This document shows, in pieces, positions 24,601-36,730 of a DNA stretch of 64,000 nucleotides. Numbering within the stretch: the first letter of the stretch is position 1; the number at the start of each line of letters is the position of its first letter. A program made the position numbers and the translations under genes. Origin of the DNA: Octopus vulgaris (taxonomy: Eukaryota); NCBI GenBank assembly GCA_951406725.2, contig OX597821.1:57164001-57228000 (forward strand), in the 5' to 3' direction. Below the pieces are notes generated by a model, which did no database searches, was not told where the DNA came from, and saw only the letters and a list, made by a program, of their open reading frames with translations.

Positions 24601-25639
24601 TATAGGTATGTTTGTATGAGTGTGTGTGTGTGTGTGTATTTAATGTGAAGTTGTTGTAAAATCAATTTAACAATGAACTAAAGAATTACTGAACACATTT
24701 TTTTGTAGGGTACATGTTTAGTAAACAAGACATGGATTGACTGTGACTTTGAAGTTTCAGCCTGCTAGCCTATATATAAGATAACAAAAGTCCTGTTTTT
24801 TATCCAGTTTTAAAGCTAGTCAGCTGGTGTTTTATCATGCTGTTGGTCTGAGATATCACCCTTAATAATATCTAAGATATCACCCTTATTTCAACATTAT
24901 CATATCGTCTTTAAGTACTTTCAGTGGATTTACTTTATTATAAGCCTTGTTACCTCTTTTTCATGCTTTTTCTGAAGATATTGAAGGTTGGGTGTCACTA
25001 ACCCCTGCCAACTGGGGATGGGCTTGCACAAGTAGATTGCTTTGTCTCTCTGATTTACTTAGGAAAATGTATATGGTTCTGGAGCAATGGTCATTTCACC
25101 ACTACTACTACCACCACCACCACCACTATCATCAATACCACCACCACCTGCATCAGCATCATTATCATCAATTATGTTATAACCACCATCACCATTGTCA
25201 ATATCATCATCATCATCATTGCTATCAATGCTGTTTCTACCGTCCTGGCATAGATTGGATGAGAATGTTTGAAGTAGTGTTTTATTGTTTATGACTGGAT
25301 GCCCTTCCTGGCAGCCACCCTTCAGGTCCCTTCTCACGACATGCAAGGATAAAGCTTGACTATTCTAGAAACTAGAATTGACCTGATGTAATCTTTTGAA
25401 TTAAAGAAAGGAAGTGGGGGTGGGGGGGCTATGATGATGTCTGTCACAGTCATGTATTGTGTAGTTTGTGAAGAAATTGTTTAGGAAATGTGTATGCCAA
25501 ATATAACATTTGTCTGACTGTCAGTCAGTCTGCCTGTCTGTCCATTTATGTGCATATATATATATATATACACACACACACATATAGACCTATATATACA
25601 TATACAAGCATATATACATATTCATGCATGTGTGTGTGT

Positions 25640-26110
25640 GTTGTGGCCAATGACAGTGCTGCCTGATTGGCACTTGTGACAGTGGAATGTTAAAAGCACC
25701 ATTCGAGCGTGATCATTGCCAGGGCTACTGACTGGCTACCATGCCAGTAGCACTTAGAAAGCGCCGTTCAAGCATGATTGTTGCCAGTGTCGCTTGACTG
25801 GCACCTGTGCTGGTGGCATGTGGAAAACACCATTTGAGTGTGGTCATTGCCAGTGCCACTGGCACATATAAAACACCATTTGAGTGTGGCCGATGCCAGT
25901 ACCGCCTGACTGGCCCTTGTGCTAGTGGCACGTAAAAGCACCCACTACACTCTCAGAGTGGTTGGCATTAGGAAGGGCATCCAATTTTAGAAACTTTGCC
26001 AGATCCAACTGGAGCCTGGTACAGCCTTCTGGCTCGCCAGCCCTCAGTCAAACTGTCCAACTCATGCCAGAATGGAAAGCGAACGTTAAATGATGATGAT
26101 GATGATGATG
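25640..26110 (+). mobile_element. SINE family C with about 5 internal units and (GAT)n tail
   Basis: Repeated gccagt...actggc...gtggcac...aaaagcacc units followed by the family C tail. Confidence 0.85.
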
Positions 26111-26749
26111 CATATATGAATGTATATATTTTTGAATATGTGTGTATACCTATCTTTCTATCTATAAATATGTTACAATGTTCCAAGACTTTTCATTTCA
26201 TTCATGTTATTTTCTTATATTACAAATACCATTCCTATATATATATATAGTTCCTAAATGTATTTTTTTCTCTCACCTTCGCTTTCCATGTCCTTCCTTT
26301 CATTAGACTTGCTTGTAAAGAAACTATCACAGCTACATGGAACCAATTTCATTTTTTCTCAGCAAGCTGTCATAATAATGCAAACTTTTTCTCATAATTT
26401 TTTTCATTTGTGATGGAGTTTTTAACTGAATGTTTCTATAATGTAATCATTCGTTTTCTTTTCTTTTTTTTTATCCAAATACATATTGGTAGTGTTTATT
26501 TTGACATCACTGTTGTTGAATATCATCATCATCATCATAACAGCTACTTTTCCATGCTTACATGTGGTATTGAATGGCGTATACTGAGGCAGATTTTTCT
26601 ATGGGCGGATGCCCTTCCTGTTGCCAACCCTTGCCTGTTTCTGAGTAAGGTGCTATTTCCCCTTGGCTAGACATGCTTTTTGCAGAATGCTGGAAATAAA
26701 TTACATTGCCTGATTTTATATATATATATATATATATATGTGAATACAC

Positions 26750-27080
26750 ATGGCTCAGTGGTTAGAGCATCGAGCTTACGATTGTGAGGTTGTGAGTTCG
26801 AATCCCAGACCTGGCTGCGTGTTGTGTTGTTGAGCAAGACACTTTATTTCACGTTGCTCCAGTTCACTCAGCAGTAGAAATGGGTTGCAATGTTACCGGT
26901 GCCAAGCTGTATCAGCCTTTGACTTCCCCTTGGACAGCATCAGTGGCATGAAGAGGGAAGATGGTATGCATGGCCGACTGCTGGTCTTCCATAAACAACC
27001 TTGCTCGGAATTGTGCTTCGGAGGGTAACTTTCTAGGTGCAATCCCATGGTCATTCATGACTGAAGGGAGTCACCTTATA
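26750..27080 (+). mobile_element. SINE family D, well-preserved tRNA head
   Basis: TGGCTCAGTGGTTAGAGC (A box) ... GAGTTCGAATCCC (B box), then ttgagcaagacactttatttcac. Confidence 0.85.
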
Positions 27081-27081
27081 A

Positions 27082-27132
<51 letters not shown>

Positions 27133-27143
27133 CACACATACAC

Positions 27144-27354
27144 ATAAATGTCACTAAATGTGACTAGGGTGTTAGGAAACACCTCTTACATTGCTAGAAA
27201 TAAGAGCTAAACCACTTTTCGGACGATTATGGTCCCTGTTAGTGCATATGTTTTCATTCATGTGCATTAACTACAGCATTAGAGTGGTTTAGCTCTTATT
27301 TCTAGCAATGTTGGTATTTTTCCTAACACCCTAGTCTCATTTAGTGACATTTAT
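27144..27354. repeat. Inverted repeat (~72-bp arms) adjoining a TA/CA tract
   Basis: 27144-27216 pairs with 27283-27354. An inner stem gttagtgcatatg/catgtgcattaac is also present. Confidence 0.88.
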
Positions 27355-27384
27355 AATTCTCCTGTTTGGTGAAACATTGTAAAC

Positions 27385-27705
27385 TCATCATCATCATTTA
27401 ACGTCTGTTTTCTATGCTGGCATGGGTTGGACGGTTTGACTGGAGACTGGCACACCAGGAGGCTGCACCAGGCTCCAAACTGATCTGGCAACGTTTCTAC
27501 AGCTGGATGCCCTTCCTAACTTCAATCACTCCAAGAGTGTAGTGAGTGCTTTGTACATGCTACCGGCACAGGAGCCAGTCAGGCGGTACTGTCATTGACC
27601 ATGTTCGGATGGTGCTTTTTATATGCCACCTGCACTGGGAGCCAGTCAGGTGGCACTAGCAATGAGTCATGTATGAACGGTACTTATTGCGTGCCACCAG
27701 CACAG
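27385..27705 (-). mobile_element. SINE family C
   Basis: (CAT)n-ttaacgtctgttttctatgctggcatgggttggacgg...ggatgcccttcctaac plus internal units. Confidence 0.87.
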
Positions 27706-27775
27706 GATGTATAAATATATATATATATATGTATATGTGCCCCAGCATGGCCACAGCTCATGAGCTGAAACTAGA

Positions 27776-27806
<31 letters not shown>

Positions 27807-27807
27807 T

Positions 27808-28140
27808 TACTCTTTACTCTCTTTTACTTGTTTTAGTCATTTGACCGCGGCCATGCTGGAACACTGCTTTTAGTCGAGCAAATCAACCCCAGGACTTATT
27901 CTTTGTAAGCCTCGTACTTATTCTATTGGTCTCTTTTGCCGAACCGCTAAGTTACAGGGGCATAAACACACCAGCATCGGTTGTCAAGCAATGTTGCTGG
28001 GACAAACACAGACACACAAACATATACACACATATACATATATACAACAGGCTTCTTTCAGTTTCCGTCTACCAAATCCACTCACAAGGCTTTGGTTGGC
28101 CCGAGGCTATAGTAGAAGACACTTGCCCAAGGTGCCACGC
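27808..28140 (-). mobile_element. SINE family A (minus strand, head missing)
   Basis: cttttacttgttttagtcatttgaccgcggccatgctgg...gaagacacttgcccaaggtgccacgc. Confidence 0.9.
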
Positions 28141-28152
28141 CTATATATATAC

Positions 28153-28522
28153 AGGCACAGGAGTGGCTGTGTGGTAAGTAGTTTGCTTACCAACCACATG
28201 GTTCTGGGTTCAGGCCGACCAAAGACTTGTGAATGGATTTGTTAGACGGAAACTGAAAGATGCCCATCATATATATATATTTATGTGTATATATATATAT
28301 ATGTGTGTGTGTGTGTTTGTTATTTTGTGTCTGTATTTGTCCCGCCACCATCGCTTGACAGCCGATGTTGTTACGTTTACGTCCCCCGTCAATTAGCAGT
28401 TCGGCAAAAGAGCCCGATAGAATAAGTACTAGGCTTACGAAGAATAAGTCTTGCAGTCAATTTGCTCGACTAAAGGCGGTGCTCCAGCATGGCCACAGTC
28501 AAATGATGAAACGAATAAAAGA
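28153..28522 (+). mobile_element. SINE family A with a small internal deletion in the head
   Basis: ggcacaggagtggctgtgtggtaag...gggttcag|gccgaccaaag...ggtgctccagcatggccacagtcaaatga. Confidence 0.9.
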
Positions 28523-28656
28523 ATATATAAAAGTGTATAAAATATTGATCATATATTTCTCATATTTGTTCAAATAGTAAAATAAAAAAGGTAACAAAAA
28601 GTGTGACCACACTAAAATCCCGGTGTTTTATTCTGAATCTTTTTTTCTTGCTTCAG

Positions 28657-28821
28657 GTTTTATGAAGGTCCGCATTTAACAATTCTACCTAATGAAATCC
28701 TGAAGGCTTTAGGAAAATACTTTTCTCAATATACGGAACAGTACACAACAAGTCTTGGAGATGATACAAGCACATTAGAAAAGGCAGAATCTTTACTGAA
28801 ATGCCTAATTATTATTTCTCG
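28657..28821 (+). CDS. NBEAL1: Internal coding exon of a neurobeachin-like (NBEAL1/NBEAL2 family, BEACH-domain) gene, N-terminal region
   Basis: Acceptor tctttttttcttgcttcag| and donor CG|gtaagt; 165 bp, phase 2 at both ends. Open frame FYEGPHLTILPNEILKALGKYFSQYTEQYTTSLGDDTSTLEKAESLLKCLIIISR aligns by eye to the remembered human NBEAL1 segment [20 protein letters not shown]...ILLVKFFIILCR. The exon is well supported; the gene name is from memory and needs BLASTP. Confidence 0.8.
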
Positions 28822-28999
28822 GTAAGTATTTCTATATTTTGTCATTCATCTTTGGTACAATTCTACAAAGGTTTTTTCTTTTCTCTTTTGCATGGTTAGG
28901 TCAAGGTGCAGAGGGACAGTCGATTAAATTGCCTCTCTTCCCCCACCGACATCAACAGATTTGGTTTATTCCATAGAGGAGGTGGGGTGAAAAGTATTT

Positions 29000-29365
29000 G
29001 TGTTTCAGCTGTTGGTCTGCAACTATGCTTGGGCACTGCCTCAACAGGGTTGAACAGATCAGCCTCAGTACTTATTCTATTGTTCTCTTATGATAAACTA
29101 TGTTATGGGGGACATAAACAAACCAACCCCTGTTGTCCTATGGTGGTTTGCGACAAACACAAAGACATATATAAACTTTACTATCATCAAGCCGGTACTG
29201 TCATTGGATTTGGTAGACGGAAACTGAAAGAAGCCTGTCGTATATATGTATATATATATTTATTTATATGTATGTGTGTATAACAAAGAATAAGTCCCAG
29301 GGTCGATTTGCTCGACTAAAGGCTGTGCCCCAGTATGGCTGCAGTCAAATGACTGAAACAAGTAA
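29000..29365. mobile_element. Two SINE family A fragments: old minus copy (~29000-29165) and plus copy (~29205-29365)
   Basis: tgtttcag...agtacttattcta...gttatgggggacataaacaaacc (minus-strand tail), then ggatttggtagacggaaactgaaagaagcc...gactgaaacaagtaag (plus). Confidence 0.75.
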
Positions 29366-29538
29366 GAAGAAAAAAAAAAAGAATCTGGGTAATAACATTA
29401 TAGTGTGCTTTCCAAAGCTGCTCTATGGGTGTCGGCTACCATATGCTATTATACAGCTGGAATTCTTTTTTCTGGTCATACATGTGGAAATTTGTTAATA
29501 TTCAGAGTTCATTTTAAAAGAATTGATACAAGAAACTA

Positions 29539-29758
29539 GAATGAACAAACTTTTATCCAAACCACTACAGTGGTTTTTGTGCATTAGTATCAGCTGGTAA
29601 TTGCATTATTATGATCCCATAACAGCTGTGTACCTGCACATCTTCTGGTGAGTGGGTTTGAGGGTACTGCATATAATATGGGAGACACTCAATAATTGCA
29701 AGCTGATACTAAGATGCAGAAACAATTATAGTGATTTGGATTAAAGCCTGTTCATTCC
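29539..29758. repeat. Diverged inverted repeat (~80-bp arms)
   Basis: gaatgaacaaacttttatccaaaccactacag...ttagtatcagct...tcccata versus tatggga...agctgatactaa...tatagtgatttggattaaagcctgttcattc. Confidence 0.7.
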
Positions 29759-30048
29759 ATCTTGCATTGGTATATATATATATATATATAAATAAATATA
29801 TGAAAGAATGGAGTTGAACATTCAAATTTCCACACGAAAGCACGTAACTTCAAAGGTGTCTTCTCTGATGTGAATTTGCTACCCAGGTATCAGTTAACCG
29901 AATTATCCTTAACAAGATAATTCATTCAGCTACTCAAATATTATATACATATATATATATATATATATCTATAGGGATTCAGACATGAAAAATAGAACCC
30001 AATATATGAGTATATGTATATTTTCATTAATATATATATATATATATG

Positions 30049-30080
<32 letters not shown>

Positions 30081-30096
30081 TGTATGTCTGTATGTA

Positions 30097-30149
<53 letters not shown>

Positions 30150-30151
<2 letters not shown>

Positions 30152-30495
30152 TCATCATCATCATTTAATGTCTGTTTTCCATGCTGGCATGGGTTGGATG
30201 GTTTGACTGAGGTCTGGAGAGCCAGCGGCTGCACCAGGCTCCAATCTGATCTGGCAATGTTTTTACAGCTGGATGCCCTTCCCAACGCCAACCACTCTGA
30301 GAGTTTAGTGGATGCTTTTTACGTGTCACCAGCACAGGAGCCTGTCAGGCGGGCCTGGCATCGATCCCATTTGGGTGGTGCTTTTTACATGCCACTGGCA
30401 CGGGACCCAGCCAGTGGGTACTGGCATCGGCCACGTTTGGATGGTGCTATTTATGTGCCACGGGCATGGGAGCCAATCAGGATGGTTCTTTTTAT
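30150..30495 (-). mobile_element. SINE family C
   Basis: (CAT)n tail and three internal units on the minus strand. Confidence 0.87.
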
Positions 30496-30505
30496 GGACT
30501 TAAGT

Positions 30506-30671
30506 AGGCGCAGGAGTGGCTGTGTGGTAAGTAGCTTGCTAACCAACCACATGGTTCCGGGTTCAGTCCCACTGCGTGGCATCTTGGGCAGGTATCTTCT
30601 GCTATAGCCCCGGGCCGACCAATGCCTTGTGAGTGGATTTGGTAGACAGAAACTGAAAGAAGCCTGTCGTA

Positions 30672-30727
<56 letters not shown>

Positions 30728-30925
30728 TGTGTCTGTGTTTGTACCCCTAGCATTGCTTGACAACCGATGCTGGCGTGTTTACGTCCCCGTCACTTAGCGG
30801 TTTGGCAAAGGAGACCGATAGAATAAGTACTGGGCTTACAAAGAATAAGTCCCAGGGTCGATTTGCTCGACTAACGGTGGTGCTCCAACATGGCCGCAGT
30901 CAAATGACTGAAACAAGTAAAAGAA
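30506..30925 (+). mobile_element. SINE family A, young full-length copy
   Basis: GGCGCAGGAGTGGCTGTGTGGTAAG (A box) ... GGGTTCAGTCCC (B-box-like) ... CORE-like CTTGGGCA, internal (TA)n, tail gactgaaacaagtaaaag. Near-identical copies at 31662-32055, 47248-47668, 50183-50590 and 57355-57750. Confidence 0.93.
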
Positions 30926-31374
30926 AAAAAAAACCGTATTTGCTTATTTGGGCTACCCATACATCCCTTTAATATTTTCAATTTTGCAATGCATTGGATT
31001 TGTACATTTAACCTTCAACCTTTTTATGTCTTAGAACGGATTTACAATTTCAGGTGATCTCTTATGGATATATATTTTATATTTATATTTTTTGTATCTA
31101 TATTTTATATATTTCATATAATAAATTGTGCCTTTCGAAAAATATATTGGAAGAAAATAATCTGATTTTTGGCTGTCAATATCTCGAAAGTTGCCTTTTC
31201 ATTGAAACCTACATTACTCTTTATATATGCATATATATATATATATATATATATTCCCATGATAAAGGAACTTCACCTATGACAGTCTGTCATTCACTTT
31301 GATTTTTGTTATATTTTGCTCATATTGAGCACTAATTAGGTGCACTGCAGCAAAGGTTTTCCTTTTTTTTTTTT

Positions 31375-31407
<33 letters not shown>

Positions 31408-31408
<1 letters not shown>

Positions 31409-31636
31409 CGGAAATGTACTTGCATAGCAAGTGACCTGATCTGAGATCGTGTGCTGGAACGAAAACAGTTACAGCGTGGAAGGTGATACAGCACGGAATT
31501 TTGTCAGTGAACAGGTCGTGGTCACAAAGTGACGAAAATATTTTGGCAAATTAAATTTAAATGTTGAAGTGAATCTAACAGTTTTTGTGCGTTTCTTAAA
31601 TGGCTTATAAGCACCTTCCACGCTTCAGTTGTTTGC

Positions 31637-31637
<1 letters not shown>
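31408..31637. mobile_element. TA-tract-embedded repeat with an internal inversion (colinear copy at 46912-47119)
   Basis: The first ~78 bp are colinear with the 46912 copy; the remainder is its reverse complement. Confidence 0.8.
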
Positions 31638-31661
<24 letters not shown>

Positions 31662-31667
<6 letters not shown>

Positions 31668-31817
31668 GTAAGTAGCTTGCTAACCAACCACATGGTTCCG
31701 GGTTCAGTCCCACTGCGTGGCATCTTGGGCAAGTGTCTTCTGCTATAGCCCCGGGCCGACCAATGCCTTGTGAGTGGATTTGGTAGACGGAAGCTGAAAG
31801 AAGCCCGTCATATATAT

Positions 31818-31852
<35 letters not shown>

Positions 31853-32055
31853 CGTTTGTGTTTTCCCCCTAGCATTGCTTGACAACCGATGCTGGTGTGT
31901 TTACGTCCCCGTCACTTAGTGGTTCAGCAAAAGAGACCAATAGAATAAGTACTGGCCTTACAAAGAATAAATTCCGGGGTCGATTTGCCCGACTAAAGGC
32001 GGTGCTCCAGCATGGCTGCAGTCAAATGACTGAAACAAGTAAAAGAGTAAAGAGA
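31662..32055 (+). mobile_element. SINE family A, young copy
   Basis: Near-identical to 30506-30925. Confidence 0.92.
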
Positions 32056-32085
32056 ATATATGTATGTATGTGTATATATATATAT

Positions 32086-32146
<61 letters not shown>

Positions 32147-33336
32147 TATATATTATATTGCAGCTTTCATACAGTTTCAATCTATCAGATTCACATTGGT
32201 TGATCTGGGGCAGTAGTAGAATAATACTTGCTCAAGCTACCATTTAGTGGGATTGAACCCGAAACTATATGGTTGCAAAGTGAGCTTCTTAACCACATAG
32301 TCATGACTGTCTTTATTTCTCTCTTTCTTTCCTCCTTTCTTCCTCCATATCCTGTTTCATTTCCTCGAATGTTGTTACACCAACCCAATGCATTTAATCA
32401 TACCTGCATATTTCTTATTTACTGCTCTTTTTCTATCGCTCTCTGCACCCTTTTCTCCAAAGCAATAAACACATACACACTGACACACACACACACACAC
32501 ACTGAGTTCCGCCTCCAAAATTTCAAGACTTCTTTTACAATTCCTCTTTTATTCCTAACTACCGCTCTATGGCTCACCTCCTCCTCCTGACACCAAGCAG
32601 TGCTTATCATATGCAGTATATTCTTTTATTCTGACTTCAGCAGTTTCTGCAGACTTGTTATACATGCGTTGTACTACAGACGGAAAGAATGTTGAACTTA
32701 GTCCTTTTATAGCATTAAATAAAAAAAATTTAGTTTCACTTTTATTTCTAAACATGGTTGTTAAATTTGCACTAACACACACACACACACACACAAACAC
32801 ATACACATATACATATGCTCAGAATTTTTCACCCCCTAGATATAAATATGAATAAAGTTGTGAAAAACTAGATTTATTATGCTGTATATAATACCCAATC
32901 TGCATGAGTGCATTTGTATGAAAAAGACAGTTTTTCAAACATGTTCACAAATGTTTTCTTTTTTATATTCAGGGCATATCTCGAAGCCTACAGTGGCATA
33001 TGATCAGAATTTTAAAGTTAGAACCTTGTTCTGTATCTGCTCATTATTGTCATTCTCCACATTAAATGATGATAATGATGTGCCTAATGTTAAAAATCAG
33101 GATTAACGTCCACTCTACTTTTCCATGCTTGCATGGGTCAGATGGAATTTGTTGAGGTAGATTTTCTATGGTTGGGGTCCTCTTCTTATCACCAACCTTC
33201 ACCTTTTTACAAGTAAGGTAATATTTCCCCATTGCTACACTTGTTTCTGCCCTGGAAGACTAGAAACGGACAATCTCACTTGTACAGTGATGATGCTCGT
33301 TTGTAATCATCAGAAGATCTCAAGACAAGGATATGC

Positions 33337-33407
<71 letters not shown>

Positions 33408-33922
33408 ACAGACACATGTACACATTCCCTCTCTCTCTTTCCCCACATGATGGGCTTCATTCAGTTTCCATCTCCCAAATTGTCTCACAAGGTTTTGGTC
33501 AGTCTGGGAATATAGTTGAATGTATTATATTTTGGGGGGTCATGGTTAAGCTGGTTGTATCGACTTTGGCAGGGTGAAGGGCCAAACAGACCTCAGCAGA
33601 GTTTGACTCAGAATGTAAATAATTACCACTAAAAACTGCAAGCGCGTTTTAATTGATGCATTATTGATTTTGCTGGTTTAAAGTTCTCGATATTAATTGG
33701 GAAAGACAATTATAATCTTGATTTGGTATTTTGGCACCAGGTAACAGATTGGAGAGAGAACCCCAGTACACAGCTGGGTCTTAATTTCTCTACTTTGGAA
33801 TGATTTAAAACTAAGATTGCAAGTTTTAGTTTCACGAAGTAAAGAATAAAAGTATTTAGCTAAGCTTTCAGAGCATTGGTGTACTATACCTGTTGCCATA
33901 TTACTTCAATAACAGTAACATC

Positions 33923-33953
<31 letters not shown>

Positions 33954-33954
33954 A

Positions 33955-34395
33955 TCCTTTTTGCTATAAGCTGAAGGCCAGAAAATATTGAGGAAGGGCT
34001 TTAGTTGATTACATTGACCCTAGTGCTCAGCTGGTACTTCTTTCATCGACCCCGAAAGGATGAAAGACAAAGTCAGCCTGAGCAAAATTTGAACTCAGAA
34101 TCTAAAGTAAATATCATTAAACATTCTCTCTGATGCTCTAACGAGTCTGCTAATCCACTACCTTTAATAATTCTTCTTAATTTTGATACAAAGCCAGCAA
34201 TTTTCAAGGGGGAGAGAGAGAGAGAGTTAGCTGATTACATTGGTCCCAGTCTTGGACTTGTACTTATTCTATTGAACCCTAAAAGGATGAAAGGCAAAGT
34301 CATCCTTTGCAGAATTCGAACTCTGACTGTAGAGCTCCAGAGGAAATTCTGCTGTTTTCTTCAATACACTCATGATTCTACCAGCTCTCTGCCTT
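33955..34395 (-). mobile_element. Two tandem SINE family B copies
   Basis: Each carries gattacattg...gtactt...aaaggatgaaag(a/g)caaagtc...gaactc. Confidence 0.8.
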
Positions 34396-34801
34396 TGCTA
34401 CATTTAATAATAAAACAATTCGACTTTCTTTTTTGATGCTTTTTAGAGTTTTAAGTTTCCTTTGAAGTGACCAGACCAGCCATGCTCAAGTTTTGTTTTC
34501 ACTTTGCAATGATGATATTGGCTTCTTCTGTAAAATAAATATTCTATTTAATTAGAACTGACAGGAACTAAAATGGCAACAATAATCTAGTTCTGAAGAC
34601 TGTGGTCTGAACTGGTCTTTTATGTTTAGACCTCAAGCACAGACTTACTGTCCATATAGGTGCAGGCATGACTCTGCTTCCTAACCATATGGTTCTGGTT
34701 TCAGTCTCACTGCCAGGCACTTTGGGCAGATGTCTTGTAATATAGCTTCAGGTCAACCAAAGCCATGTGCATGGATTTGATATTCAGAAACTGAAAGAAG
34801 C

Positions 34802-34842
<41 letters not shown>

Positions 34843-35088
34843 ATGTGTATATATATATATATCATCATCATTATCATTATCGTTGTTTAACGTCTGCTTT
34901 CCATGCTGGCATGGGTTTGATGGTTTTACTGAGGGCTGGTGAGCCAGAAGGCTGCACCAGGCTCCAATCTGATACGGCAAAGTTTCTACAGCTTGATGCC
35001 CTTCTTAACACCAACCACTCTGAGAGAGTAGTGGGTGCTTTTATGTGATATATATAGATATATATATATTGTATTTATATATATATTG

Positions 35089-35182
<94 letters not shown>

Positions 35183-35379
35183 ATTCCATTAGGGACATGT
35201 TAGAGTACAGTATAGACCTTGTCCACCTTCAGAATAACCCACTAGTATTGGTAGTATTATTATATACTTCAAGCCCTAAAATTGGGCATTCAACATGTGT
35301 GAATATAAAATTGAAGAAATTGGAGCCAGGAAGAGGGGGTACAGTTGGACATTTGTTTATTATTTGCTACACTTGTTTT

Positions 35380-36005
35380 GACACAACGTAGTTCTCCAAG
35401 AATACAGGTATTTTATTATGCTATTGTTTGTATGCATAATGAGATCTAATTGTGTTTCCTCAGGCAATATACAAATGTTGTCTCCATTAGTTTAAAATCT
35501 TCAATTTCAAGGCCATCCTCTCTGCTTGTAGTAGTTTGAATTTGGTTGTGGCTGAAATTCTCATGGTGTGAGCTGTGAGAGCAAGTTTGTCCAACTACTC
35601 TGGAAGGTAAGGTGTGGTACAGGCTAGCCTTTTAGTGGTATTGTCTTCTATTTGTTTGTATTTCAGGATTGTTCTTCATGGCTGGCTGCACATGTGAATT
35701 TCCTAATCTGAACCTTTAGTATTCATTAGTCAGATACATACACAAAGACTCACACATACAAACCCATTTATATATGCCCATACACATACATACATGCACT
35801 CACATATACATGCATACACACAGATTCCCATACACACATTATATACATACCCAATTTTCCACAACTATATACACACGCATACAGGCAGGTGTATACTTGT
35901 GTGTACTCACATAAGTACCCCAATCAACAAACATACTTATACACATAAATATGCATATGTATGTGAAAGAGCATGCGAGTAAAAATATAAAGGTATACAT
36001 ATACG

Positions 36006-36057
<52 letters not shown>

Positions 36058-36698
36058 CAAGCCTGTGCATGTGTGTACATATTTGTACCAGCTTATTAGA
36101 CACGGGCATCTATCTATGTATGAAAGTGTACATGTCTAGATGTGCATATGTATATGCATACATATGTATGCATATGAGTGTGTAAATATATTTACATATA
36201 TGAGAGTGATCACGTGAGAGTCAGCACGCAAGACTGGAGATAGAGATATGTATGCGTGTGTATATATGTATGTGAGTAGGAGTGTATTTATACACATGCA
36301 CTTCGATATATGTATGTACAAGTAAAAGTAGTAGGTCTCTTTATCTATCTATGTGTATGTATACACATCCACAAACACGAGAGAGAGAGAGTGTATGTGT
36401 GTGTGTATATATCGTTGCCCGATTGTGGCCGTTGCCAGCCTCGTCTGGCCCCGTGCCGGTGGCACGTAAAAAGCACCATCCAATCGTGGCCGTTTACCAG
36501 CCTTGTCTGGCACCTGTGCAGGTGGCACGTAAAAAGCACCCACTACACTCACGGAGTGGTTGGCGTTAGGAAGGGCATCCAGCTGTAGAAACACTGCCAG
36601 ATCAGACTGGACCTGGCGCAGCTTTCTGGCTTCCCAGACCCCAGTTGAACCGTCCAACCCATGCTAGCATGGAAAACGGACATTAAATAATGATGATG

Positions 36699-36730
<32 letters not shown>

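Noticed and set aside
24947-25346. His-rich and Gly/Asp-rich ORFs
   Set aside because: They derive from (CAT/CAC)n trinucleotide repeats at a SINE tail.
26750-26822. Possible functional tRNA gene (similar heads at 3135, 30506 and 48879)
   Set aside because: A/B boxes are present but there is no complete acceptor stem, and each runs into a SINE body.
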